Shown in pieces: positions 37,039 to 45,095 of a stretch of 64,000 nucleotides of DNA. Position 1 is the first letter of the stretch; each line of letters starts with the position of its first letter. This stretch comes from a virus. Where the stretch lies: IMG/VR virus record IMGVR_UViG_3300036791_000264, positions 50,523-114,522 of that record, one strand, 5' to 3'. A model generated the notes under the pieces. The model saw only the letters and a program-made list of their open reading frames with translations, was not told where the DNA came from and did no database searches. Both the position numbers and the translations under genes were made by a program.

Positions 37039-37269
37039 GGGACTCCTTCGGTCGTGCCCCTTCGGGGCCGTGCTGGTGGTCTTACGAGGCGGGTGCGCGT
37101 TTAGGCGAACCCTTACAGGGTCAAAGGGCGTACCTCCTGGGCTGGGCAGTCACAACAGATCGGCAAGGCTGACACACCAGGCGCCTCCTGTCCACTGTCA
37201 CCTCCGGAGGCGCCCTGCTAGGATCCGCGAAAAACCGCTCCCGGCTGGAACCTAGAGAGGGCATTATTA

Positions 37270-37632
37270 GTGTCTACCGTGACCCGCATCGACACCGACC
37301 TTGACACTCGCTTCTTGCAGTGCAGGACGTACAACCACGCCTGGGAAGAGTTCGCCCCCATCGACCTCTACCCACCCACGTATGGCTGGAGGCTGTCCCT
37401 GCGCTGCATCCGCTGCACTACGGAGCGTCACGACGCCATCGCCTTCAACACCGGCAAGGTCATCGGGCGGCGGTATATTTACCCGGACGGCTACGCACAA
37501 AAAGGCGTGCCGAAGGTCGTGTTTCGTGAGGCCCTTTTTCAGAAGCTGCGTGTCAAACTGGAGAAGGCCAACGCTATCGGTGAGGAGGTACCTGAGCCGG
37601 CGAAGAGAGGGCGGAAGAAGGTGGCAGTGTGA
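37270..37632 (+). CDS. hypothetical Cys/His protein
   Basis: CRTYNHAW...LRCIRCTTERHD...RRYIYPDGY. Confidence 0.65.
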   Translation: MSTVTRIDTDLDTRFLQCRTYNHAWEEFAPIDLYPPTYGWRLSLRCIRCTTERHDAIAFNTGKVIGRRYIYPDGYAQKGVPKVVFREALFQKLRVKLEKANAIGEEVPEPAKRGRKKVAV

Positions 37633-38468
37633 AGGAGACATGCCGGATCCAGACGGTGACCCCGAAGATGGCCCAGGAGTGGCTGGAGGGCAACGTCGAC
37701 AACCGCAACCTGCGGGAGCCACGGGTGCTTGGGCACTCCCAGGTACTCCAGCGGGGCGAGTGGGAGTTGACCGGCGACTGCCTGGTCTTCGATGAGGATG
37801 GCACCCTGCTCAACGGCCAGCACAGGCTCTCAGCCGTGGTGGTGACCGGGATCCCGGCTCGCTTCGTCATCCTGCGGGGCGTGCCGGCCAAGGCCCAGGA
37901 GGTCATGGACACGGGCCTGTCCCGGACCCTGGGCGATCAGCTTCAACGCCGCGGCGTGCCCTACTACACCTACGTGTCGAGCGCCCTGTTCTGGCTGCAC
38001 CGCATGGCCTACAGCGAGGCCACTGGAGTGGCGCACTACGACAGCCCGTCCAACCGGCCCTCCTTCCGCCAGTTGCTGTCCATCTACGAGGCCAACAAGG
38101 AACTCTCCGACGAAGCCCCCAGGATCGGCAGGCACGTCAACAACCTCAAGGTCCGGGCCGGCGCCACCCTGGCGATCTACCACCGGCTCAAGCAGCTTGA
38201 TGCTGAAAATATCGATGAAGAAGTCGACCTATTTTTTGACAAGTTGGTGACCGGAGCCGAACTCAAGGCCAGTGACCCCATCTTCCGCCTGCGGGAGTGG
38301 TGCCTGGAGGACGCCGCCAAGCGGGCCACCAAGGGCCGTGCCCCGGACTATCGCTACGTGGCCTACGTGATCACGGCCTGGAACAAGTGGCGGGTCGGGG
38401 AGCCGATCCGCCAACTCAAGTGGGTCTACACGCCCACCACCAGGATGTCCTGGCCGGTGCCGGAATGA
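37629..38468 (+). CDS. ParB-like (DGQHR-type) domain protein
   Basis: VTPKMAQEWLE.N..NRNL, LLNGQHRLSAVV, MDTGLSRT. Confidence 0.75.
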   Translation: MKETCRIQTVTPKMAQEWLEGNVDNRNLREPRVLGHSQVLQRGEWELTGDCLVFDEDGTLLNGQHRLSAVVVTGIPARFVILRGVPAKAQEVMDTGLSRTLGDQLQRRGVPYYTYVSSALFWLHRMAYSEATGVAHYDSPSNRPSFRQLLSIYEANKELSDEAPRIGRHVNNLKVRAGATLAIYHRLKQLDAENIDEEVDLFFDKLVTGAELKASDPIFRLREWCLEDAAKRATKGRAPDYRYVAYVITAWNKWRVGEPIRQLKWVYTPTTRMSWPVPE

Positions 38469-39532
38469 CCGCGCTCCAGCCGCACCAGGCCCCTCTGGAC
38501 CGGACTGTGCGAGGCATCCTTGAGCGGGCTGCTATCCACGAGGCCATGCGGGAGACCGTGGACGAGAACCCTATCCCTCAGAGCGTGCTGGAGATGTCCC
38601 TGCGGCCCGTAGACGTCGTCCACATCCGCAAGCAGATGGTGGACTGGTGGTCAAAGCGGGGTGAGTGGCAGTACCGCTATGCCATGCAGGGCCGGCGCCC
38701 CATCGATGAGTCTCACCGTGAGAACGAGGTACTCGACGCGGAGGCGGCTCGGGGCTGGCTGGAAGACGGCTTCCGGGAGTCTGAACTGTTCTGGGTCTCC
38801 CCTGAGATGACCCAGTTGGTCTCGACCATGGCGCCCAGTATTCCGGACTGCATCCCGGAGCCACCCTGTCGGGACGGCTTCGTGGTCTTCGCCCGGTCTA
38901 TCCCTGGCCTTGACGCGGAGGCTGAGACCATCATCTACACCACGGCGTACATGTGGCGCACCGTGATCACCAAGGTTGGGGTCTGCTGGGGCATCGAGAC
39001 CTACGCCTGGCGTGACTTGATCCACGTCTGGCGCACGATGAGCGAGGAAGAGCGGCTGCTCTTCCGCCAGGTCATGCCCATGCGACTACACCCCACCGGA
39101 GGGTCGGAGTGGCCGGTGGAGAGCATGACCACCGATTTCTCCAGACTGCCCGCCAGCAATCCTCAGATGGAAGCCTCCATGCTGGAGGACCGGCGGGTAC
39201 TGGCGACCTTCTGGGCACTGTGTAGCCAGCGGATAGCTCACCAGGAGATGTACAAGCCTGATCGGGGCCTTCTGCGCCAGGCCAAGCGCGAGCGCTGGAA
39301 GTCGATACCCCCGGTACGGATCGTTCGATTGCGGGAACCCGCCACCCGCAGTCGAACTGGTGCTGGCTCGGACGTGGAGTGGAGCCACAGGTGGCTCGTC
39401 GGTTCTCACTGGCGGAACCAGTGGTACCCCGCGTCCAGCCAGCACCGCCCTAAGTTGATCGAGGCTTACCAGAAGGGGCCGGCGGATAAGCCCCTGATAG
39501 TACGTGAGACCGTGAAGGCCCTGGTGCGATGA
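38465..39532 (+). CDS. conserved-looking phage protein
   Basis: ATGA overlap at 38465; C-terminal HRWLVGSHWRNQWY...KGPADKP. Confidence 0.7.
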   Translation: MTALQPHQAPLDRTVRGILERAAIHEAMRETVDENPIPQSVLEMSLRPVDVVHIRKQMVDWWSKRGEWQYRYAMQGRRPIDESHRENEVLDAEAARGWLEDGFRESELFWVSPEMTQLVSTMAPSIPDCIPEPPCRDGFVVFARSIPGLDAEAETIIYTTAYMWRTVITKVGVCWGIETYAWRDLIHVWRTMSEEERLLFRQVMPMRLHPTGGSEWPVESMTTDFSRLPASNPQMEASMLEDRRVLATFWALCSQRIAHQEMYKPDRGLLRQAKRERWKSIPPVRIVRLREPATRSRTGAGSDVEWSHRWLVGSHWRNQWYPASSQHRPKLIEAYQKGPADKPLIVRETVKALVR

Positions 39533-39677
39533 GCTACTCCTCTCTCGTTGCTTCGTGGTTCCGGATGACCTTCTGCGTCTGCGGGGACACGAGGGCAGAT
39601 CACATTACGGATCGGCGTTGTCAAGTGGAGGGCTGTGACTGTAAGCGCTTCGCCAAGGTGAGGCTTACGGTGGTGCG

Positions 39678-40034
39678 ATGACTGAGGCGCCTAACCGTTG
39701 GTGGTACTGCATCTCCTGCTTCGCGGTCAACGATGGCCTGGAGGAGGGCCGGTGTTGGAACTGTGGTACCTCCTTCCCTAACAGGCGTAAGAACAAGCCC
39801 TGGTGCGAGATGGGCAAGGCGAAGTGTGACGTATGTGGCAATAGCTATGTGACCTGGACTCTGCCGGCTGGCACCACTATGACCGTGCCCGATGTGCTGG
39901 GGTTCTGCCCCTTCTACTTTGAGCATCACGGTGACAACGCTTACTTCCCACCCATGCTGCCCGCTGTCTACGTACTGGACGCCAACAGCTACCGCTATGA
40001 CGAGAAGCGCAAGAAGCTGGTGAAGATCAGGTGA
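39678..40034 (+). CDS. Cys-rich Zn-binding hypothetical protein
   Basis: multiple CxxC pairs. Confidence 0.55.
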   Translation: MTEAPNRWWYCISCFAVNDGLEEGRCWNCGTSFPNRRKNKPWCEMGKAKCDVCGNSYVTWTLPAGTTMTVPDVLGFCPFYFEHHGDNAYFPPMLPAVYVLDANSYRYDEKRKKLVKIR

Positions 40035-40305
40035 GCGACATCGACTGCGGTGACCCCGACTGTCTGATCTGTCATCCTCTGGTGACCAAGACAGGGCGGG
40101 TGTTAACTGAGGACGACATACAGGCTTTGGCCGATGAGGCTGAGCTTGGCTACGACTTTTGTGAACACGAGGACTATGTCGAGGCCGAGACCACGGGCGT
40201 CCTAATCCGGCGCTGCGGCAAGTGCAGCGCCACTACTGTGGCTGCTCCTGGTCTCTTTCCGGACCCCCTACCACTCTGGGTTACAAACAACAGAAAGGAA
40301 CGGCA

Positions 40306-40575
40306 ATGACAACACTGGTAGCTGAAGCGAACCGCGTCGAGGAGAGTGAGGTTGGCGTGATGGTCATCCTCGACCGGACTGGCGACACCCGTCATACCTG
40401 GGACCGGCGCAGCGAGGACGAGGTGCAGGTAATCCGCGACCTCTTTGAGCGCATGATCGCCAAGGGCTACCAGGCGTGGTCGGTGACTCGGAAGGGCGAC
40501 AAGGATCAGCGCATCACCGAGTTCGACCCCCAGGCTGAGAAGGTGATCTTCGCGCCAGCGCTGGTGGGTGGCTGA
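40306..40575 (+). CDS. 89 aa protein ending in GG (ubiquitin/beta-grasp-like candidate)
   Basis: GAAAGGA SD; ends ITEFDPQAEKVIFAPALVGG-stop. Confidence 0.65.
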   Translation: MTTLVAEANRVEESEVGVMVILDRTGDTRHTWDRRSEDEVQVIRDLFERMIAKGYQAWSVTRKGDKDQRITEFDPQAEKVIFAPALVGG

Positions 40576-40721
40576 TGAAGATCCGCATCACCATGGAGGT
40601 GGCTGAGGAGTACTCCGACGCTGACCATGACATGGGCGTCACTGAGGCGGCGTATGAGGAGATCACTGACGCCCTGTCCTCCTACGGGGATGACGTGGAG
40701 ATCAAGAAGGTGGTGGGCTGA
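40575..40721 (+). CDS. 48 aa acidic peptide (not in ORF track)
   Basis: TGATG coupling on both sides; MKIRITMEVAEEY...EIKKVVG*. Confidence 0.6.
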   Translation: MKIRITMEVAEEYSDADHDMGVTEAAYEEITDALSSYGDDVEIKKVVG

Positions 40722-41338
40722 TGCCGCACCAGACCTACTACCAGCAGTACTGCAACACCAGCGCCACCACCAACAGCATTCAGTACTACGTGCCTACGTG
40801 GACGAGCAACGCCAGCAACATCTCCACTCAGTGGTACCAGCCCACCCAGACCCACACCTACCAGACCGTCAACACTTACAGCAATGAGGTCTGGAACCAG
40901 TGGGTGATCATGGGCAATGGCACCATGACCATCAGTCCTCAGTCCGCTTTCCGGGTGGAGACTCCGGAGGAGATCGAGGCTCGGCGCGAGGAGCGGGCAC
41001 GAGAGGCTCAGGAGCGGGTCGCAGCCCGGACACGGGCCAGGATCTTGCTGGAGGACTTCCTCTCCGACGAGCAGAAGGAGGAGTTGAACTACCACAGCCG
41101 CTTCCATGTCACCGGGTCCAGGGGCCGGCGCTACTGCATCCGCACCAGCGGTCAAGCTGGCAACGTCGACCTGCTCAAGCCTGATGGAAAAGTCCAGGCC
41201 ACCCTGTGTTGCCACCCTCGGGGTTACCTGCCCGATGGGGACGCCTGGCTCATGCAGATGGTGGAGATCCGCCATGACGAGGAGCATTTCCTCCGCACGG
41301 CCAATGTCCACCGGGGTTCGCTCCCCATTGCCGCCTGA
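40721..41338 (+). CDS. protein with LCxHP...LPxxD motif, coupled to the GG-protein operon
   Basis: Thr/Gln-rich N-terminus; ATLCCHPRGYLPDGDAWLMQMVEIRHDEEHFLRTAN. Confidence 0.65.
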   Translation: MPHQTYYQQYCNTSATTNSIQYYVPTWTSNASNISTQWYQPTQTHTYQTVNTYSNEVWNQWVIMGNGTMTISPQSAFRVETPEEIEARREERAREAQERVAARTRARILLEDFLSDEQKEELNYHSRFHVTGSRGRRYCIRTSGQAGNVDLLKPDGKVQATLCCHPRGYLPDGDAWLMQMVEIRHDEEHFLRTANVHRGSLPIAA

Positions 41339-41517
41339 CGCCATCCAGTTACGCCCTCGTGGACCCTGGCACCTGATACGACCAGGGTCAGGGTCCACTC
41401 GGCATACGTACTGTGGCTTCAACGTCATCAGTCTCAACCCGCGGTACCCCTTGGCTCACCTTGCTGAGAGCGAGCCACGCTGCAAGGTATGCATAAAGCA
41501 CCTCAGGGAGGCACTCG

Positions 41518-42000
41518 ATGCCCCTGAGTAACCTTCCCGGTCCCTGGCGCTGGGAGCAGCGCAACGGGCTGTGGTGGCGGGTCCACCAGACCCAGCACAT
41601 CGAGGACGGCCCCCACACCTGGAATGAACTGAACCTGGGCTTCGGCGGGTTCGGGCAGCACGGCCACAGCGACTGGTATGACCGCGACGGCGAACCGCTG
41701 CCCATGTTGGTGGCTTCTGACCTGCTGGCTGATGAGGAGTACAAGATCGTCAAGCAGGACGTGTGGGTCTACGACGGCGAGCCGGTGCAAGTCTCCACGG
41801 TGTGGCTGGGCCTGGATCACAACTGGTGGCCGGGAGGGCCGCGCAAGATCTTTGAGACCATGATCTTCGGCGGCAAGCTCCACATGGAGCAGTGGCGCTA
41901 CTCGACCGAAGAGCAGGCTCTAGCCGGTCACGAAGACGCTGTCAAGCTCCTCCACGCCGCCTACGCTGATCCCACGAAGCAGCAGAATGGGAGCGAATAA
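41518..42000 (+). CDS. conserved-looking phage protein
   Basis: VSTVWLGLDHNW...IFETMIFGG...RYSTEEQALAGH. Confidence 0.65.
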   Translation: MPLSNLPGPWRWEQRNGLWWRVHQTQHIEDGPHTWNELNLGFGGFGQHGHSDWYDRDGEPLPMLVASDLLADEEYKIVKQDVWVYDGEPVQVSTVWLGLDHNWWPGGPRKIFETMIFGGKLHMEQWRYSTEEQALAGHEDAVKLLHAAYADPTKQQNGSE

Positions 42001-42267
42001 ATGGCGAAGATCGCAGCTATCCAGTGTGACCTGAAGTCCTGCGGGAAGATGGACTCGCCCGCTGACGGGGCCGACATGCCTGGGGGCTGGTTCCTGGTGG
42101 ACATCGCCCAGGAAGGCCAGGGCAACATGGAGGGCCGGGTGTTCTGCTCCTGGGCCTGCATCTCCCGGTGGGCCAACGACCGCATCGTAAGCCCCCCCAA
42201 GCGGACGCGGCGCACCAGGGCCGAGATGCTGGCGGCTGCCGCGGACAAGTCCGGTGCCCCGGCCTGA
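42001..42267 (+). CDS. Zn-finger hypothetical protein
   Basis: CDLKSC ... FCSWAC. Confidence 0.55.
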   Translation: MAKIAAIQCDLKSCGKMDSPADGADMPGGWFLVDIAQEGQGNMEGRVFCSWACISRWANDRIVSPPKRTRRTRAEMLAAAADKSGAPA

Positions 42268-42580
42268 CCCCTGGCAGGACGCCAGCGCCAAAGCCTGGGT
42301 CCGACACGTCCTCAAGGACATGCTGCCCAAGCTGGAGGGTGCTTCCATCACCATCTCCTTGGTGCCACAGGACAGGGAGGGTGATGTCAAGTTCTGGGTG
42401 GAACTGGGGGCCTCGATCATGTTCGACAAGCCCTTGATCGCTGTCCTGTTGGGCGACGCCCCCTGCCCTCGTAAGTTGGCCCTGGTCGCGGATGAGATTG
42501 TCAGGTGCCCGGATGGCATTGATCCGGCCAGCAGTGAGGAACTGGCCGCGGCCCTCAAGCGAGTGCTGGGCGATGAGTGA
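42254..42580 (+). CDS. hypothetical protein (nucleoside deoxyribosyltransferase-like fragment?)
   Basis: VELGASIMFDKPLIAV resembles the NDT ExG...KP motif. Confidence 0.45.
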   Translation: MPRPDPWQDASAKAWVRHVLKDMLPKLEGASITISLVPQDREGDVKFWVELGASIMFDKPLIAVLLGDAPCPRKLALVADEIVRCPDGIDPASSEELAAALKRVLGDE

Positions 42581-42908
42581 CGTTCCGGAGAACCTGGAGG
42601 CATTCCCCCCGGTCCCCGAACTGGGGGGCGCCATCGGTCGAACAGCGTCAGATGCCTGTCGCCAGGGCCAGCATGATCTGTGCAAGGACGACACATGCAT
42701 GTGTCGCCATCACGAGCGGCTGTGGTACGACAAGGTGCCCAGTGCCTGACAAGACTCGTGATGAACTGCGGGAACGTATGGCGATCTTGGTGGCAGGACG
42801 TATGGCTATGCACTGGCCTCTCCAGTGCCCGATGTGCCCAGACAGGGCTGTGATGGCTCTGGACATCGTGGACTCCATCCTGGCTGACCCTGAGTTTGCC
42901 CCTGACCG

Positions 42909-43382
42909 ATGACTCGTGAAGAGGTCTTCAACATCATCGCCACCCTCCTGGAGGAAGGCGGCGAGATCGAGACTGTGAGCGAGCGGATCATGGAGGCCCT
43001 GGAGGTGCTGGGCGAGGATCTGCTCGACCACCTGGATCCTCCAGTCGGCCTCCGGAGGTGGTTAGAGTCCCACGGCCTCTCCCTGGTCGTTACCTCCGAG
43101 ATCACTCCCCCTCAGGTCTGGGAGGCGATCCAGGGAGAGGCCGTGGAAGTCGTGGAGGAGAAGCTGGAGATGGAACCAACTCCTGAACTCCAGGTGGGTG
43201 ACTACGTCGAGTTCCAGACTGCCACCACCGGGCCGCGGGGACAGAGCAGGATCGGCTCGGGATACGTCAAGAACCTCGCTCACGACACCGCGGAGGTGGA
43301 GTTCTCACCGGGCGGCGCCGGCATCATCCTGTTCCCTGGGATCGACTTCATCAGGGTGGTCACTTCGCCGCCTGTTCCCTGA
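42909..43382 (+). CDS. hypothetical protein with C-terminal SH3-like barrel
   Basis: LQVGDYVEF...GSGYVKN...AEVEF. Confidence 0.5.
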   Translation: MTREEVFNIIATLLEEGGEIETVSERIMEALEVLGEDLLDHLDPPVGLRRWLESHGLSLVVTSEITPPQVWEAIQGEAVEVVEEKLEMEPTPELQVGDYVEFQTATTGPRGQSRIGSGYVKNLAHDTAEVEFSPGGAGIILFPGIDFIRVVTSPPVP

Positions 43383-43599
43383 CGAAGCGCTCAAGCTCTT
43401 CCCTGGCGAACAGGGTGCGGCTGCCCAACTTGATGGGGTGAAGCTCCTTGTTCTGGACGAAGCGATAGACCATGGCCTTGCTGATGCCACCCAGCATTCT
43501 GGCCGCGTCGTCAGCGCTGTAGAGCAGGGGCGTGTCTTCGACCGGAGCCGGCTCTTCCGGCTCCGGTTCTTCATTGCTACGGACGAGCCGGCGGGGCAT
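43360..43599 (-). CDS. excisionase-like HTH (HTH_17) DNA-binding protein
   Basis: LLYSADDAARMLGGISKAMVYRFVQNKELHPIKLGSRTLF..EELERFV. Confidence 0.85.
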   Translation of the reverse strand: MPRRLVRSNEEPEPEEPAPVEDTPLLYSADDAARMLGGISKAMVYRFVQNKELHPIKLGSRTLFAREELERFVREQAAK

Positions 43600-44576
43600 T
43601 AGCGGGGTGTGCGGACCAGGCGCGGACGCTTGGCGGGGGCCTCCTCCTCAGGCTCGTCTTCCACGTCCATCGGCTCCTCTGGCTCGGTGTTGAAGGCGAA
43701 GCCTTCAGCCGCGGTGGAGAACTTGGTCAGCCACTCATCGAGGCCCGCCATGAACCGGGAGCCAAAGGTGTCCAGGATGTCCCGCAGACCGTCCAGGAAG
43801 CTCGCTGCGGCTCCCGTTTCCACAGCACCGCCTGTGACCGCCTGTGACCCCACAGAGGCGACTGGCGCCCCCTCAGCGGTTCCCTGGGCCTCCAGGATGG
43901 CGACGATCATGTTCTCACGGGCCTTGCGGGGAGCCAGGCCCAGGCTCTCAGCGATGGCCTTGACCTCCGCATGGCTCATCTTCTCCATGGCGGCACGGGT
44001 GTGGAGATCGCCGGCAGCTTCGGCCTCAAGCTCCTGAACCGCTTCGGCCTCGTCCTCACCCTCGTCTTCCTCCTCGTCAGGCGCCTCTTCGCCCTCAGCC
44101 TCGACACCCAGTTCAGCCAGGCCGTTGGTCAAGTCCAAGACCTTGATGTCGGCGTCGAGGAACTTACGGACGATGCCCTGAAGCTCGTCGTCACGCTTCT
44201 CATCCCACAGCACCATGAGGACCGCGTTGGGGGCCTCCACCAGCAGGGTCTCCATCTGGGTGAACACGTCGGTGACGAGGTACTGGTTGGCGGCGCCCTG
44301 GGCGATCTGGATGTACGCCCGCCGTTTTTTGTCCTCGGTGTTGGTGATGACCTCGTAGGTGATCTTCGACTTGCGGGCCATGTCGGCAAACTGGCCCAGG
44401 GTGTCGCTGAACTCGGCGGTGGTCAGGGGGAAGATGAACTTGGCCGGTTCGTCGGGCTTGATGGCCTCGTTGATGAACTCCTCGATCAGGTCGATGCCGG
44501 CATCGGCCTCTATCTCTCCGGTCCCGACGAACCCGATGGTGATTCCTTCGGGGGGCTTTCCTCTTGGCATGGTCAC
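43599..44576 (-). CDS. acidic protein with Rho-N/HeH-like helical domain
   Basis: Rossmann-like N-terminus IGFVGTG; MEKMSHAEVKAIAESLGL...RENMIVAILEAQ; ends KRPRLVRTPR. Confidence 0.65.
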   Translation of the reverse strand: MTMPRGKPPEGITIGFVGTGEIEADAGIDLIEEFINEAIKPDEPAKFIFPLTTAEFSDTLGQFADMARKSKITYEVITNTEDKKRRAYIQIAQGAANQYLVTDVFTQMETLLVEAPNAVLMVLWDEKRDDELQGIVRKFLDADIKVLDLTNGLAELGVEAEGEEAPDEEEDEGEDEAEAVQELEAEAAGDLHTRAAMEKMSHAEVKAIAESLGLAPRKARENMIVAILEAQGTAEGAPVASVGSQAVTGGAVETGAAASFLDGLRDILDTFGSRFMAGLDEWLTKFSTAAEGFAFNTEPEEPMDVEDEPEEEAPAKRPRLVRTPR

Positions 44577-44676
44577 TCCTTAGATCGACGCGCTCAACCG
44601 CTCAACCCACTCTTAGCGCCCCCAGTCGGTCCCTGCGTCGCTCCGGGGGATTTCCTCCGGACCCCCAGACAGCCGA

Positions 44677-44701
44677 AAGCCCCCCTGGAACCGGGGGGCT
44701 T
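44677..44701 (-). terminator. hairpin downstream of the tail operon
   Basis: AAGCCCCCC-tggaacc-GGGGGGCTT. Confidence 0.6.
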
Positions 44702-44783
44702 CCTGACTACCGCATGTTCTCCGGGCTGGAATAGGAGATCAGCGCTTGTGACCATACAGGACCGGGTACTACATGTCCAGCAC

Positions 44784-45095
44784 TTACCTCCTGCGACCTC
44801 TCCCTAGTACCTCAGACACGATCCGATCCCGGTGATGTCGGAGGGTGGTGTCCAGCGCGTGTACGAGCATGGAAATCCCGGAGGCGCCTACGGCGATCAA
44901 CGCCCTGGTTTCTGCTGGACGGTGCATGACGAGCAGTGACAGCAGGCCACAAAGGAGCAGGTTGATGCCCGCTTTCCACCATGCCTGCTGTCGGAGGATG
45001 CCTACCCGGATCATGACTTCTTTCCAAAGCTCGGTGATCCGAGTGGCGCCGAAGCCGATCAGGAGGGCGTAGCCGAGATCGGCTGCCATCACCAC
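44784..45095 (-). CDS. small membrane protein (holin-like candidate)
   Basis: three hydrophobic segments and a basic C-terminus; follows the tail genes. Confidence 0.45.
   Translation of the reverse strand: MVMAADLGYALLIGFGATRITELWKEVMIRVGILRQQAWWKAGINLLLCGLLSLLVMHRPAETRALIAVGASGISMLVHALDTTLRHHRDRIVSEVLGRGRRR

Noticed and set aside
37039-37260. c-di-AMP (ydaO) riboswitch upstream of the Rpf gene
   Set aside because: Only a CCTCGTAAG fragment resembles it; the conserved GCTGAATCC and GTCAGCTAAC segments are absent
43360-43599. Prophage boundary or att site near the excisionase-like gene
   Set aside because: No integrase, tRNA or host-like genes flank it; phage genes continue on both sides
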